A stretch of DNA of 64,000 nucleotides, taken from assembly GCA_038214755.1 (NCBI GenBank), contig JBBQRQ010000003.1, positions 1 to 64,000 of the forward strand, given 5' to 3'. Source of the stretch: Verrucomicrobiota bacterium (lineage in GTDB: Bacteria > Verrucomicrobiota > Verrucomicrobiia > Limisphaerales > CANJXF01). The notes beneath the pieces were generated by a model that saw nothing but the letters and a program-made list of their open reading frames with translations, searched no databases and was not told the origin of the DNA. Below, piece by piece: positions 33,406 to 43,891 of this stretch (within the stretch, counting starts at the first letter, position 1; every line of letters begins with the position of its first letter). The position numbers were made by a program, and so were the translations under genes.

Positions 33406-33430
33406 GGTAGGGCGAGACTCCGTCGAGCCT
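33406..33430. repeat. GTAG-type REP (GGTAGGGCGAGACTCCGTCGAGCC family)
   Basis: Related copies at about 34522-34546, 44740-44763 and 60913-60938 (the last inside a CHAT gene). Confidence 0.75.
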
Positions 33431-33543
33431 GATTAAATTCCCAAGCGAACTTAAGGCCACGCTTCGACCAAGTTCGCAAGTAAATGACTGAAAGTACCTG
33501 ACACCCTTCTGGGAATAGACTTAACATCCAAGGAAGCTAATCA

Positions 33544-34503
33544 GTGAAGATCAATCCCGAAATTCAAATTCCGAAATCCGAGAGTCGAAAGACATCGGAA
33601 ACCCGAAAGCCGAAAGTGCTGCGGAGCTGTGCTGATCCCAAAGCATTTTTTCGGGCGCCTGCCGGAAATCATTTTCGGCGTTCGGATTTCGGCCTTCTTT
33701 CGGATTTCGGGGATTCGGATTGCGGAGTTCACGCTAATAATTCATCTCCGACTGGTTCCGGCCATAACCCACGCTGGTCTGGTTTTACTCTGATTGAACT
33801 TCTGGTCGTGATTGCGATTATCGCTCTACTCGCCAGCCTCTTGCTCCCCGCGTTATCGAGCGCCAAAGAAAAAGCCCGCCGCACCAACTGTGTGAGCAAC
33901 CTCCGGCAACTCGGCTTGGCGGTTCACACTTACGCCCTGGACAACAGGGACTTTTTATTCGATGGAATCCGAGATCGAGGTGATTCATTTTTGATTAGCA
34001 TTTCGAGTCCCATGTACGTCGCCATCCGGAGCCAGTTTGGGGAAAAGGTGTTTGATTGTCCTAACATCTATCCGGTGCACTTTCCGGGAATCACCGATGA
34101 TCCGAATGGACGCTATCAAACGGGTATCGGCTATTATATCGGCTACCATTATCATGGAGGGCGGACATTTCCGCTCCAAGCGCGCTGGAAATCGCCCTTA
34201 AAAACCACGGATCGTCCTTCTCCCGACACTAATTTTATCTCCACGTCTCAACTGGTGCTTTATTCGGATTTGAATAGCTGGAGCCAGGAATGGGTAACCG
34301 TCCCTCACACAAAATCCGGTGCCTATAAAAGAAATGGCGAATTTTATATCAGACCGTCCGGGGGAATGACCCCACTACAACTGGGAAGTGTCGGGGGTAA
34401 TGTCGCTTACCTGGACGGCTCGGTAAGCTGGAAAAAAATCCAGGCAATGTATCAAAATTATTGGACCTACTCGGAAGATGGCAGTCATCGGGGCGCTTGG
34501 TAG
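33544..34503 (+). CDS. Prepilin-type N-terminal cleavage/methylation protein (DUF1559-like)
   Basis: [41 protein letters not shown]-terminal H...[12 protein letters not shown]. Confidence 0.93.
   Translation: MKINPEIQIPKSESRKTSETRKPKVLRSCADPKAFFRAPAGNHFRRSDFGLLSDFGDSDCGVHANNSSPTGSGHNPRWSGFTLIELLVVIAIIALLASLLLPALSSAKEKARRTNCVSNLRQLGLAVHTYALDNRDFLFDGIRDRGDSFLISISSPMYVAIRSQFGEKVFDCPNIYPVHFPGITDDPNGRYQTGIGYYIGYHYHGGRTFPLQARWKSPLKTTDRPSPDTNFISTSQLVLYSDLNSWSQEWVTVPHTKSGAYKRNGEFYIRPSGGMTPLQLGSVGGNVAYLDGSVSWKKIQAMYQNYWTYSEDGSHRGAW
33553..33720. repeat. Inverted heptamer microsatellite (TCCGAAA)n/(TTTCGGA)n inside the prepilin leader
   Basis: CCGAAA/TCGAAA units at 33557-33616 and TTCGG units at 33674-33720. 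Confidence 0.8.
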
Positions 34504-34557
34504 TCCTGCAGGAGTTTTCTCGGGTAGGGAGACTTCCGTCGAGTCGTGACAAACCGA

Positions 34558-35481
34558 TTAAAAAAATTTCTTCGCCGCTTCAACGTCTTTCGCGATTTGT
34601 TGTTTCAAAGTTTCCGCTGAAGAAAATTTTTGTTCGTCGCGCAACTTTTCGACAAAAGTTAATTCCATTTCCTTCCCGTAAATTTCGCCGGAGAAATCGA
34701 GCAGATGTGCTTCGACGTGCAGCTGCGGGGAAGAAATCTTCATCGTTGGTCGTAACCCAATGTTGACGGCGGCGCGGAAAATTTTTCCACCCACTTGCGC
34801 GTGCGCCGCGTAAACTCCGTTGGGCGGAAGAGCGAGATTTGTCACGTCGAGATTAGCCGTGGGAAATCCGAGTCGCCGTCCGACTTTGTCGCCTTCAATG
34901 ATTTTTCCAACGAGCGAATAGGCGCGGCCCAACATTTGACTTGCTTGATCCAAATTTCCGGCGCGAATGGCCTCGCGGATACGCGTGCTGCTGACGCGCT
35001 CGCCGTCGAGCGAAACCGCGGCAAGCCCATGCACGATAAAGTTAAAATCTTCACCGAGTTTTTTCAGAAGATCCACATTGCCCAGGCGTTTGTGCCCGAA
35101 AGTAAACGAGCTTCCGACGCAAATGCTGTGAATGCTTTTAAAATCATGGACAAGTCCGGCAATGAATTCTTCAGCGGGAACTTCGCTAAACGATTTGTCA
35201 AAATGAATAAGCAACGTCGTGTCGATGCCGAGCGATTCGATGACACGAAGTTTCTTTGTCAAAGAATAAATCAGCGGCGGCGCGCGGTCAGGAGCGACGA
35301 CGGAACTCGGATGGCAATCAAATGTGACGACCACGGAGATGGCTTCGTGCTGTTGCGCATCGGTAATAGTTTGGCGAACGACTTGTTGGTGTCCGAGATG
35401 CACTCCGTCAAAAACGCCGATAGCCATGCAAACTTTGCGATTGCGGGAATTTATTTGTTCGGCGGAGCGAATGACGTTCAT
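34558..35481 (-). CDS. ribF: Riboflavin kinase / FAD synthetase
   Basis: GVFDGVHLGHQ, VSSTRIR, GRRLGFPTAN and EAHLLDF. Confidence 0.98.
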   Translation of the reverse strand: MNVIRSAEQINSRNRKVCMAIGVFDGVHLGHQQVVRQTITDAQQHEAISVVVTFDCHPSSVVAPDRAPPLIYSLTKKLRVIESLGIDTTLLIHFDKSFSEVPAEEFIAGLVHDFKSIHSICVGSSFTFGHKRLGNVDLLKKLGEDFNFIVHGLAAVSLDGERVSSTRIREAIRAGNLDQASQMLGRAYSLVGKIIEGDKVGRRLGFPTANLDVTNLALPPNGVYAAHAQVGGKIFRAAVNIGLRPTMKISSPQLHVEAHLLDFSGEIYGKEMELTFVEKLRDEQKFSSAETLKQQIAKDVEAAKKFF

Positions 35482-35500
35482 GGGAAAATTCGACTTCCTA

Positions 35501-35570
35501 GTAGCCGCCGACGTGAGGAGGCGGATTTTCGGTTGCCCGGCCTAATCCGCCTCCTTACGTCGGCGGCTAC
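35501..35570. repeat. GTAG REP doublet (GTAGCCGCCGACGTGAGGAGGC family)
   Basis: Near-perfect inverted arms. Intergenic relative of the elements inside the CHAT genes. Confidence 0.9.
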
Positions 35571-35592
35571 GAATGGCAAGTTCATGGGAAAA

Positions 35593-36309
35593 TTATTCCG
35601 CCGTCGCGAGTTTGAGAAAAGGAATTACGCGCCTCTCCAATTCACCAAGAGAAAGTATCAAAATGTTTTCCAACGGGATTGCGTCTTTCACATCGAAACT
35701 TCCTGACACCAGCCGCCGCAAAGTTTGCAAGTGAGCGCCACAACCCACCTTTTGCCCGAGATCATGCGCGATGCTGCGGACATAAGTTCCCTTCGTGCAG
35801 GCAACGCGAAACTGTCCAATGGGTTCTTCGTAATTTGAAAAACGAAAACTGTAGATGCGAACCAGGCGCGGCTTGCGTTCCACTTCGATTCCTTTGCGCG
35901 CGAGTTTGTAGAGCGGAACGCCGCCAATTTTTATCGCGGAAACCATCGGCGGCATTTGCATTTGATCGCCTTGAAACGTGGCGGCGGCTTCGTTCAATTC
36001 CGGCAACGTCATCGGCGGGACGGGCAGGGAAGCTACGAGTTCGCCATCGGCGTCGTAACTCGCGGTGGTTTCGCCAAACTTAATTGTGCCTTCATAGACT
36101 TTGTCGCCGCCCATGAGTTTCTCCGAAAGTTTTGTTCCTTTTCCGAGGACGATGATGAGAAGTCCGGTCGCGTTGGGATCGAGAGTTCCGCAATGGCCGA
36201 CTTTTTTAATTCCGAATTTCCGGCGAATCGCATCCACGACATCGTGCGAAGTGGGACCCGCAGGTTTGTCGATGAGGACAGCGCCGTCGAGGGAGTCAAA
36301 TTCTAGCAT
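35593..36309 (-). CDS. truB: tRNA pseudouridine(55) synthase
   Basis: DKPAGPTSHDVV, KVGHCGTLDP.ATGLL and CTKGTYVRS. Confidence 0.98.
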   Translation of the reverse strand: MLEFDSLDGAVLIDKPAGPTSHDVVDAIRRKFGIKKVGHCGTLDPNATGLLIIVLGKGTKLSEKLMGGDKVYEGTIKFGETTASYDADGELVASLPVPPMTLPELNEAAATFQGDQMQMPPMVSAIKIGGVPLYKLARKGIEVERKPRLVRIYSFRFSNYEEPIGQFRVACTKGTYVRSIAHDLGQKVGCGAHLQTLRRLVSGSFDVKDAIPLENILILSLGELERRVIPFLKLATAE

Positions 36310-36314
36310 GACAG

Positions 36315-36509
36315 TTAGCGAGATGAAGGAACGGAGACGGAGAGTTTGCGGCAGATTTTTTTGGCGAGAAAAAAGTCTATCTCAACATGGCGCGGGACAG
36401 GTTCAATTGCGCCGGTCACTGGATTGCGCCAGATGGAATGAGGTCCCGTATCACGCGCGCAAAAACAACCTTCGGCTTCCAAGTGCCGAAGCAATTCGCG
36501 TCGTTTCAT
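36315..36509 (-). CDS. hicA: HicA-family toxin
   Basis: MKRRELLRHL...GC...R..GPHSIW.NP......VPRH.EI. Confidence 0.88.
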   Translation of the reverse strand: MKRRELLRHLEAEGCFCARDTGPHSIWRNPVTGAIEPVPRHVEIDFFLAKKICRKLSVSVPSSR

Positions 36510-36721
36510 TCGGAGGTCAATGTGGTTTTTTCCGCCTGCGGAGGAATGTGCGCGAGTCCTTCGTCACGCTTGAATTCCAAAACAGATTGGATGGATGCCT
36601 CCAAATCTTTCAAACATTCCTCACGGGTTAATCCCTGTCCGTTGGCTTCAGGAACTTCGGGGCAAGAACCGATGAGGTATTTTTCTCCTGGCTCGATAAC
36701 AGCGGTAAACTGATATTTCAT
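36506..36721 (-). CDS. hicB: HicB-family antitoxin
   Basis: ATG at 36721; FTAVIE....CPEVPEANGQG.T.EEC...L; 4-bp overlap with hicA. Confidence 0.88.
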   Translation of the reverse strand: MKYQFTAVIEPGEKYLIGSCPEVPEANGQGLTREECLKDLEASIQSVLEFKRDEGLAHIPPQAEKTTLTSE

Positions 36722-36849
36722 TTGTGGGACACTAAGCTTTTCCCAGTTTGAAATCAATGACCACGACTCGCGCAATGGAGCAACTCGCCCTTTTCCGTCA
36801 CCTCGCGCAGAAAAAAATCTCCGTTGGCCAGGCTGGCGATTGCATGAAA

Positions 36850-37620
36850 TCATTTCCAAACTTCATCGAGCGCCTCGATGAAAAGTTTGTTTAATTCGGC
36901 AGTGTCCACTTGAGCGGCGGATTTCAATTTCTCGACGTTGGATAATCGTTCGAGTTCAACCTCGATAAAATTGTTCAACACTGGAATCTTAGGTTCAAGA
37001 TCGAGTTCGTGGCCGCTCTTCTTACGTTCCAGCAACGCGTGGATTTCCTGTTTCAGAGGGACGGAGAGAACTAACCTTTCCAACAACATGTCGAACTCCA
37101 TCGGCACGGGACCCAAGTCGGCTTCAATCCATTTGCAGCCCAACAAGGGGCGCAACACATAAAAATATTTCTTCACTCGCACAATGTCGCCTCTCAAATA
37201 TTCCCGGAAATTTCCCCTCGCCATATGAAAGTAATGGCTCAAGCAACTTGATGGAGAATAGTACGCTGGAATCAGATTCCTAAGTTTTTCGATCGCGAAA
37301 AATTTTTGTTGATAGATCACCGGAGAACGCAGCCATTCCAAAAGAGGTGGGTTCGACTTTCGGAAAAGACGAAGTGCTTTGCGAATTTCCCAGCCGCTGA
37401 GATCAATATTTTCGGTGAGCGGGCGCTCAATTACCTCTCGCTGTTCGTCAATCGAAAGATACCAGTCGCGCGGATGAAGGTAGATAAATCGAACGTCATA
37501 ATCGCTATTTTCAGAAGGGAAACCCCAAGCTCGGCTGCCGGATTCGCACGCGTAAAAAATGGAAATATTTTCCTGGCGCTCAACTTCCAGGAGCTTTTCT
37601 TTGATGATGTCTTTGACCAT
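36850..37620 (-). CDS. Nucleotidyltransferase (YcgL-like, pol-beta superfamily)
   Basis: ACESGSRAWGFPSENSDYDVRFIY, KSNPPLLEWL.SP and KKYFYVLRP. Confidence 0.9.
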   Translation of the reverse strand: MVKDIIKEKLLEVERQENISIFYACESGSRAWGFPSENSDYDVRFIYLHPRDWYLSIDEQREVIERPLTENIDLSGWEIRKALRLFRKSNPPLLEWLRSPVIYQQKFFAIEKLRNLIPAYYSPSSCLSHYFHMARGNFREYLRGDIVRVKKYFYVLRPLLGCKWIEADLGPVPMEFDMLLERLVLSVPLKQEIHALLERKKSGHELDLEPKIPVLNNFIEVELERLSNVEKLKSAAQVDTAELNKLFIEALDEVWK

Positions 37621-37638
37621 GTAGCTGAACAGCGTTTC

Positions 37639-38622
37639 TCATTTTGCGGAATCGAGCGCTTTTTTGATCGCGGCGATGACCCGGCGTTGCGCGGAGAGGG
37701 GACTTCCAGAAATCTTCGCGCCCGCCGCCGCTTGATGTCCGCCGCCTCCGAACAGCGCGGCGATTTCGCTCACGTTCACTTTGTTGTTTTTGGAACGGAG
37801 ACTGATACGGGTCATATCTGGCTCGATCTCTTCAAAGACGCACGCAATTTCCACGGGCCGCATGTCGCGAATATGATCGATCAAACCTTCCGACTCCGTG
37901 GTGTCCGCGCCGGTGCGGGAGAAATCTTTTTTCTTAAGCCAGAGATATGCGATCTGGTCGTTGTGCGTCAGACGAAATTTATTGTAGAGATGTTTCAGCA
38001 ACCGGACACGCGACATCGGATAGGATTGATAAACTTCATCGCAAATTTTGGCGACGTTGGCGCCGCGCTTCACCAGTTCGCCGGCGGTGTTGTAGGTCAT
38101 CGGCTTCGTCGTCGCGTATTGGAACGAGCCAGTGTCGGTTGAGACAGCCGTGAACAAACAATCTGCAATCTTCGGCGTGATCGGCCAGGAAGCGGCCTTC
38201 AAAAGTTTGAAAATGAGTTCGCCCGTGGAAGCTTCGCGCGCGGAAATCCAATTGATGTCACCGTAGCGAGTGTTGCTTTGGTGATGATCGATGTTGATTA
38301 AAAGTTTTCGTTGCTCGATGGCGGGAACACATTTGCCCAAACGCTCGTAACTCGCGCAATCGGTGGCGATGACGCAGTCGAAATCCATTCCGCGTTCTGG
38401 TTTTTCCAGCAAATGATCGGGGTCAAGAAACGCCAGTTTGTCGGGAACAGAATCTTCATTCCAGCAGGAGACTTTTCTCCCTTCGTTTTTCAACGCCAGT
38501 GAAAGCGCCAGTTGCGAACCGATGCAATCGCCATCGGGACGGACGTGGCCCACGACACAAATAGTTTTACTGGCGCGAAGTTGCTCGATGATCCGGCCAA
38601 CGACCTGCGGGTAAGATTTCAT
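37639..38622 (-). CDS. nrnA: DHH-family oligoribonuclease / pAp phosphatase
   Basis: HVRPDGDCIGS, NIDHH, DTGSF, SLRS and GGGGHQAAAG; lies between rbfA and truB. Confidence 0.93.
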   Translation of the reverse strand: MKSYPQVVGRIIEQLRASKTICVVGHVRPDGDCIGSQLALSLALKNEGRKVSCWNEDSVPDKLAFLDPDHLLEKPERGMDFDCVIATDCASYERLGKCVPAIEQRKLLINIDHHQSNTRYGDINWISAREASTGELIFKLLKAASWPITPKIADCLFTAVSTDTGSFQYATTKPMTYNTAGELVKRGANVAKICDEVYQSYPMSRVRLLKHLYNKFRLTHNDQIAYLWLKKKDFSRTGADTTESEGLIDHIRDMRPVEIACVFEEIEPDMTRISLRSKNNKVNVSEIAALFGGGGHQAAAGAKISGSPLSAQRRVIAAIKKALDSAK

Positions 38623-38999
38623 TCCTCCAGTTCCTGCGGTTGCGGCGCCTCCAGAGGAGAAGACTTGTCGAGTTCTCCGAGTATTTCCAGGACGCGATTT
38701 CCTTTTTCAATGGAATCGTCAACGATGAAGCGGAGTCGTGGCGTGTATTTGAGAACAACCGCTTTTCCGACAAGTCCTTGAAGGCGCTTTTGTTCTTTAT
38801 GCAACAGGGCCGCGCCGCGTTTTTTTTGCTCGGCGGTTCCAAAAATTCCGACATAGACCAGCGCCGAATGCAGATCACTCGAGACCATCACGTCGTTGAT
38901 GTTAATCAAGCCGGCTTCGCTGACGGGAAGTTCGCGGCGGATGACTTCGCCGATTTCGCGTTTCAAAAGTTCTCGAACCCGTTGGAGCCGGAGCGACAT
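38619..38999 (-). CDS. rbfA: Ribosome-binding factor A
   Basis: R..RV.ELLKREI, V.VS.DL..A.VY and LKYTP.L.F..D.SIE.G. Confidence 0.96.
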   Translation of the reverse strand: MSLRLQRVRELLKREIGEVIRRELPVSEAGLININDVMVSSDLHSALVYVGIFGTAEQKKRGAALLHKEQKRLQGLVGKAVVLKYTPRLRFIVDDSIEKGNRVLEILGELDKSSPLEAPQPQELEE

Positions 39000-39017
39000 A
39001 AAAACCTCCCGTTGGAA

Positions 39018-41405
39018 TTAAAGTTTGGAAGCAGCGACCTTCTCGACGGTGTAACACTCAATGGCATCGCCGATTTGAAATTCATTAAAACCATCGAGAC
39101 GAATGCCGCATTCCATTCCCGCGCGCACCTCGTTGACCTCGTCCTGGAATCGGCGCAACGATTGCGTCACGCCTTCGTAGATCAAACCCTTCTTGCGCAT
39201 AACGCGGACTTTCCCGCGAACAATGCGGCCGCTCGAAACCATGCAACCGGCGACGCTGCCGCCCTTGGACAATTCGAAAAGTTTGCGGACTTCCGCTGAA
39301 CCGATGACCACTTCTTTACTGATTGGATCAAGCAAGCCGGCCATCGCGTCTTTCACGTGATCGATCAATTCGTAAATGATGGCGTAAAGTTTGACCTGCA
39401 CGCCTTCGCGCTTGGCGGCCTCTGAGACTCCGTTGTCGATGCGCGTGTGGAAACCAAGAATAATCGCGTTCGACGCCGAGGCGAGTGACACATCGGATTC
39501 GGTAATCGTGCCGACGGCGCTGTGAATTATTTCCAGCGAAACTTTTTCGGACTCGATTTTTTTCAACGCTTCGACAATCGCTTCGACAGAACCTTGCGTG
39601 TCGGCTTTGACCACGACCTTCAACATTTTGGAAGCGTTGGCGTCGAGCGTGGCGAAGAGAGTTTCGAGCGTGACTTTGGTGCGGGCTTCACCGGCGAGTT
39701 TTCGCGCGTCTTGAAAACGTTGCTCTCCTAAATCGCGCGCCGCTTTTTCGTTCTCGACGGCGCTGAATTCCAATCCGGCTTCCGGGATGCCATTGAGTCC
39801 GAGTAATTTCACGGCGACCGACGGACCCGCTTCTTTTAAGCGCTGGCCTTCCTCGTTGATGAGTGCCCGAACTTTCCCCCAGTACTGTCCGCAAATCACG
39901 ACATCCCCAACCCGCAAAATTCCTTTGCGAACCAGAACAGTCGCCGTCGGGCCGCCCGCTTCCAAACCGGATTCGATGACGTTGCCTTTCGCACGGCGAT
40001 TCGGATTCGCTTTCAGTTCGAGCAAATCCGCCTGGAGCAAAATCATTTCGAGCAACTTGTCCACGCCCTGTTTGGTCAACGCAGAACAATCCACGAAAAT
40101 GGTGTCGCCGCCCCAATCGTCGGGCACGAGACCTTTGTCTTGAAGTTGCTGGCGCACCTTCATTGGATTGGCGTTGGGGTGATCCATTTTGTTGACCGCA
40201 ACGAGGATGGGCACTTTCGCCGCTTGCGCGTGACTGAGCGCTTCGAGGGTTTGGGGCATCACGCCGTCATTGGCGGCAACAACGAGAATGACAACATCGG
40301 TGACATTCGCCCCGCGCGCGCGCATCGCGCTGAACGCGGCGTGGCCCGGTGTGTCGAGAAAAGTAATTTGTTGAACTTCGCCTTTTCGTTCCGGATGCGG
40401 AAACGAAATCGTGTAAGCGCCGATGTGTTGCGTGATTCCGCCCGATTCTCCGGCGGCAACATTGGCCTTACGGATCACGTCGAGCAAACTCGTTTTGCCA
40501 TGATCGACGTGCCCCATGATCGTAACCACCGGAGCGCGGGGCTTCATTTCTTCCGGCTTATCTTCGCTGTCCAGTTCAACTTTTTTAATCGGCGCGTGAA
40601 CCACTCCACCGCCGCGTTCCCGTTTCTCAACTTCAAATCGAAAGCCGTACTTCGCGCATATTTTTTGCGCCGCTTCTTCGTCGATGGATTGATTGACGGT
40701 GGCGAAGACGCCCAATCCCATCAAGTCAGCGATTAATTGAAAGGGTTTGCGATTGAGTTGCTCGGCCAGTTCGCGAACGACCACCGGCGGTTTGAGCGTG
40801 ATCAATGTTCCAGTGGTGGGCGGGACGAATTTTGGCGCGGTCGGTTTTTGCGGTTCGACTTTTCGGACGGGCAGGGCGGGCGCGCCGGGGGCGGACGTTC
40901 CTCCTTGCACCGAGCGAATATCGCCGCGCCGGGTAAAATCAGTGCGAGTGCCGGACTGGTATCGATTCGGAGCGCCTGGTCCGCTGCTCGGTCTTTCGCC
41001 TGTTCGCGGAGCGGCTTTGGTGGGCAACTGCACAAACCCAACTTTTTCGCCAAGCTGCGGCCCGGTGGGGGGTGGAGGAAGTTCGGGAACGGGCGGCGGT
41101 GCGGTAATGGTTTCGACAACGGTCTCTTTGGTTTCCGCCAGAATCTCAACTGGTTTTTCTTCGATGACGGGCGGCTGGGAAATTATTTTAATCGGAGCAG
41201 GTTCCGGCGCTGGGGCAGGGGGTGGTTCGGGCGCGGGGGTGACGTGTTTGACTCCGCCGAGTTGTTGCTCAAGAAATTCAGCGGTGATTTTATCGAGCGA
41301 ACTGGACGGGACTTTTGCGGCAATGCCCAACTCCTTGGCTTTGGCCAAAACTTCCTTGTTCTCGATTCCGAGTTTCTTTGAAATTTCGTAAATACGAACG
41401 GGCAT
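39018..41405 (-). CDS. infB: Translation initiation factor IF-2
   Basis: [31 protein letters not shown] and NKMD. Confidence 0.99.
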   Translation of the reverse strand: MPVRIYEISKKLGIENKEVLAKAKELGIAAKVPSSSLDKITAEFLEQQLGGVKHVTPAPEPPPAPAPEPAPIKIISQPPVIEEKPVEILAETKETVVETITAPPPVPELPPPPTGPQLGEKVGFVQLPTKAAPRTGERPSSGPGAPNRYQSGTRTDFTRRGDIRSVQGGTSAPGAPALPVRKVEPQKPTAPKFVPPTTGTLITLKPPVVVRELAEQLNRKPFQLIADLMGLGVFATVNQSIDEEAAQKICAKYGFRFEVEKRERGGGVVHAPIKKVELDSEDKPEEMKPRAPVVTIMGHVDHGKTSLLDVIRKANVAAGESGGITQHIGAYTISFPHPERKGEVQQITFLDTPGHAAFSAMRARGANVTDVVILVVAANDGVMPQTLEALSHAQAAKVPILVAVNKMDHPNANPMKVRQQLQDKGLVPDDWGGDTIFVDCSALTKQGVDKLLEMILLQADLLELKANPNRRAKGNVIESGLEAGGPTATVLVRKGILRVGDVVICGQYWGKVRALINEEGQRLKEAGPSVAVKLLGLNGIPEAGLEFSAVENEKAARDLGEQRFQDARKLAGEARTKVTLETLFATLDANASKMLKVVVKADTQGSVEAIVEALKKIESEKVSLEIIHSAVGTITESDVSLASASNAIILGFHTRIDNGVSEAAKREGVQVKLYAIIYELIDHVKDAMAGLLDPISKEVVIGSAEVRKLFELSKGGSVAGCMVSSGRIVRGKVRVMRKKGLIYEGVTQSLRRFQDEVNEVRAGMECGIRLDGFNEFQIGDAIECYTVEKVAASKL

Positions 41406-41472
41406 AATTTTTTTTCCGCAAACTGTGCGACCAGGTCATCATGCGCGTAACATGTTGAGGCCGCTTTTCATT

Positions 41473-42756
41473 TTAAGCTGCTGTCAATTGTCCAGCGCCG
41501 CCACTCTCGCCGCGTTTAGCCGCTTCAGCTTTGGCGGCTTCAATAATTTCACCGGCACTTTCTTTCAACGCTTCGATTTGTTCGAGGTCGCTCACTTCAA
41601 CCTGCAACAAATCTTCCAAACTCAAAAAGCCCGCGTGAACCAGAGCGTCGGCTTGCTCGCGGGAAATTCCTGGAATGGCCGCAAGCGTCTGCACAGCCTG
41701 CGCTACTTTTTCCTCGAAGCCAAAAGTCACCACCGCTTCCGGTTCGATATCAATTTGCCAACCGGTCAGCTTGGAAGTGAGGCGCGCGTTTTGTCCGCGT
41801 TTGCCGATAGCGAGGGACAACTGATCTTCGGCCACTAAAATTTTTACGCGTTTGCGCGCTTCATCCATTTCAAATGCTTTTATTTTCGCAGGCGAAAGGG
41901 CGTTGGCGATAAAAGTTTTGGAATTCGCGTCCCACTTGATGATGTCCACTTTTTCATTGTTCAACTCGCGCACTATATTTTTCACACGCTGACCGCGCAG
42001 GCCGACGCACGCGCCGACGGGATCGACTTTTTCATCGCGCGTGTAAACCGCCAGCTTGGTGCGAAAACCCGGCTCGCGCGCGATGCCTTTGATCTCAATC
42101 GTGCCGTCGCTGATCTCCGAAACTTCCAGCTTGAAAAGTTTCACGACGAACTGCGGATCCGCGCGGGACAAAATAATTTCGGGACCGTGCGGGCCATTCT
42201 CCACGGCTTTGACGAAGCAACGAATTCGCTCGCCGATTTGATATTCCTCGGTGGGAACACGTTCGCGATTTGGCAAAAGCGCTTCGTATTTTCCCAAATC
42301 AATCGTCACGTCCGAGCGTTCAAAACGACGAACAACTCCGCTGATAATATCTCCGACGCGATCCTTAAATTCCGCGAAGATCATCTGCTTTTCCACGCGG
42401 CGCATGTGGGTCATCAGTGATTGTTTGGCGTATTGCGCGGCGATGCGGCCAAAACCCGTCGGCGTCACTTCGACTTCAACTTCGTCGCCAACTTTTGCAT
42501 CGGGCTTGATTCGGCGCGCGTCGAAAACCGAAATCTCGTCATGCTTGGAAACGACTTTTTCCGAAACCTGCAACTTGGCAAAAGCGCGGATGTCGCCGGA
42601 TTTTTGATCGATCACGCAACGCAGTTCGCGCGCGGGTCCGATCGCTTTTTTCGCGGCAGACAAAAGCGCTTCCTCCACCGCTCCGATCAAAATCTCGCGG
42701 CTGATACCTTTTTCCCGTTCCCAGAAATCCAGGACTGCTAAAAAATCTGCGTTCAT
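41473..42756 (-). CDS. nusA: Transcription termination/antitermination factor NusA
   Basis: FGRIAAQ, AREPG.RTK.AV, DPVGACVG.RG and QLSLAIGKRGQN.RL. Confidence 0.99.
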   Translation of the reverse strand: MNADFLAVLDFWEREKGISREILIGAVEEALLSAAKKAIGPARELRCVIDQKSGDIRAFAKLQVSEKVVSKHDEISVFDARRIKPDAKVGDEVEVEVTPTGFGRIAAQYAKQSLMTHMRRVEKQMIFAEFKDRVGDIISGVVRRFERSDVTIDLGKYEALLPNRERVPTEEYQIGERIRCFVKAVENGPHGPEIILSRADPQFVVKLFKLEVSEISDGTIEIKGIAREPGFRTKLAVYTRDEKVDPVGACVGLRGQRVKNIVRELNNEKVDIIKWDANSKTFIANALSPAKIKAFEMDEARKRVKILVAEDQLSLAIGKRGQNARLTSKLTGWQIDIEPEAVVTFGFEEKVAQAVQTLAAIPGISREQADALVHAGFLSLEDLLQVEVSDLEQIEALKESAGEIIEAAKAEAAKRGESGGAGQLTAA

Positions 42757-42941
42757 ATTTCAATTTTTCCCCACGTGGGGAACAAAAAAGCCGGTAGAAT
42801 AATTTCTCCGACTTGGCGCGCTGGCGAACCAGCAAAAACTTTACGGCAAGGCAAACCATGCCAATGCTTTCTCGCGTCGTCAAGTTGCAATTCCTTCGCG
42901 CGAGTGCGCAGGACGCATCTCACTTTCTTGCAACTTTCTTT

Positions 42942-43125
42942 CGTCCCGGAGGGGCGTTTGAGAATAGCCCGGCGTTTCAACGCCGGGTTGGCGTTATACA
43001 TTGGAGAAGTCCCGGAGGGACGGCTGAGAGGCGGAGAGGACTCCTTGGCAATCGTTTTTTCAGCCGTCCCTTCGGGACTCGTTCTGTTTCCACCACGATC
43101 CGGCGTTGAAACGCCGGGTTATTTT
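42942..43125. repeat. Compound palindromic element (GTCCCGGAGGGAC / CCCGGCGTTTCAACGCCGGG family)
   Basis: Inverted pair of the same hairpin units that flank the HUH transposase remnants at 54060-54320 and 57130-57220. Confidence 0.85.
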
Positions 43126-43242
43126 CGATTGTCGGACAACCGCACTGGCGAACATCTTGCAAAAAATTGAGATGCACTGTTCGCGCGACGTTATGCGGCG
43201 CATCTCACCAAATTGCAGGTTTCGATTCTCGAAAGAGGTGGC

Positions 43243-43320
43243 AACGGAACGCCGATCTCCTGATCGGCATTGGGAACCCTCCATCTTTCCGCGAGCCGAT
43301 CCGGAGATCGGCGTTCCGTT
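43243..43320. repeat. REP-like doublet (GGAACGCCGATCTCC family)
   Basis: 18-bp perfect arms AACGGAACGCCGATCTCC and GGAGATCGGCGTTCCGTT. Confidence 0.88.
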
Positions 43321-43476
43321 AATTTTGCAAAAATTGAGATGCGCTCGAGGTTTGTAAAATTTGGGGAACGCGGATGGTCTGCAACACAGCGTGCCTCCTG
43401 CTCAATTATCCAATTCACCGCGCGAATTTTTTTTAATTTTTTGCAATTTGCCGCGCTCTGTTTCAATGTCTGGGCC

Positions 43477-43851
43477 ATGACTGAACCGCTGGCTCTGGTG
43501 TTTTACGAAAAATTGCTGCCCGGCCAACAACTGGTCAATCGTTTGCAGGATTTGGGCTATCGCGTCGAGGCCGTGACGGACGCGGCGTTGCTGGAAGAAC
43601 AGGCGCAACAACAAAGCCCGATGCTGCTCGTCGCAGAATTTCCCGCCGAGAAAAGTGCCGTGCCCGATGTTGTTACCGCGTTGAAAAAAAATCCGGCGAC
43701 CGCGCACATTCCGGTGCTCGCCTATGTGGTGGAAGCCAGTCCGGCGTTTCAGGAAATTGCCCGGAACGCCGGGGCAAATTTAATTGCCAGCGAGGCGCAT
43801 GTCCTCGATCAATTGCCTCAATTGCTCGAACAAGTTTTACGGCTGGACTAA
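43477..43851 (+). CDS. Atypical single-domain receiver (CheY-like) protein
   Basis: L...GYRV, P.LLV and LKKNPAT.HIPVLA...A..AGA pattern. The expected phospho-Asp position looks like Glu. Confidence 0.7.
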   Translation: MTEPLALVFYEKLLPGQQLVNRLQDLGYRVEAVTDAALLEEQAQQQSPMLLVAEFPAEKSAVPDVVTALKKNPATAHIPVLAYVVEASPAFQEIARNAGANLIASEAHVLDQLPQLLEQVLRLD

Positions 43852-43891
43852 AAGATTCCTCAACCGAGATTCGAATTCGTCACTTCAAAAT

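Noticed and set aside
41040..41250. Pro-rich low-complexity segment in IF-2 as another repeat insertion
   Set aside because: No palindrome or 7-nt periodicity seen; variable Pro/Ala-rich IF-2 N-terminal linkers are common.
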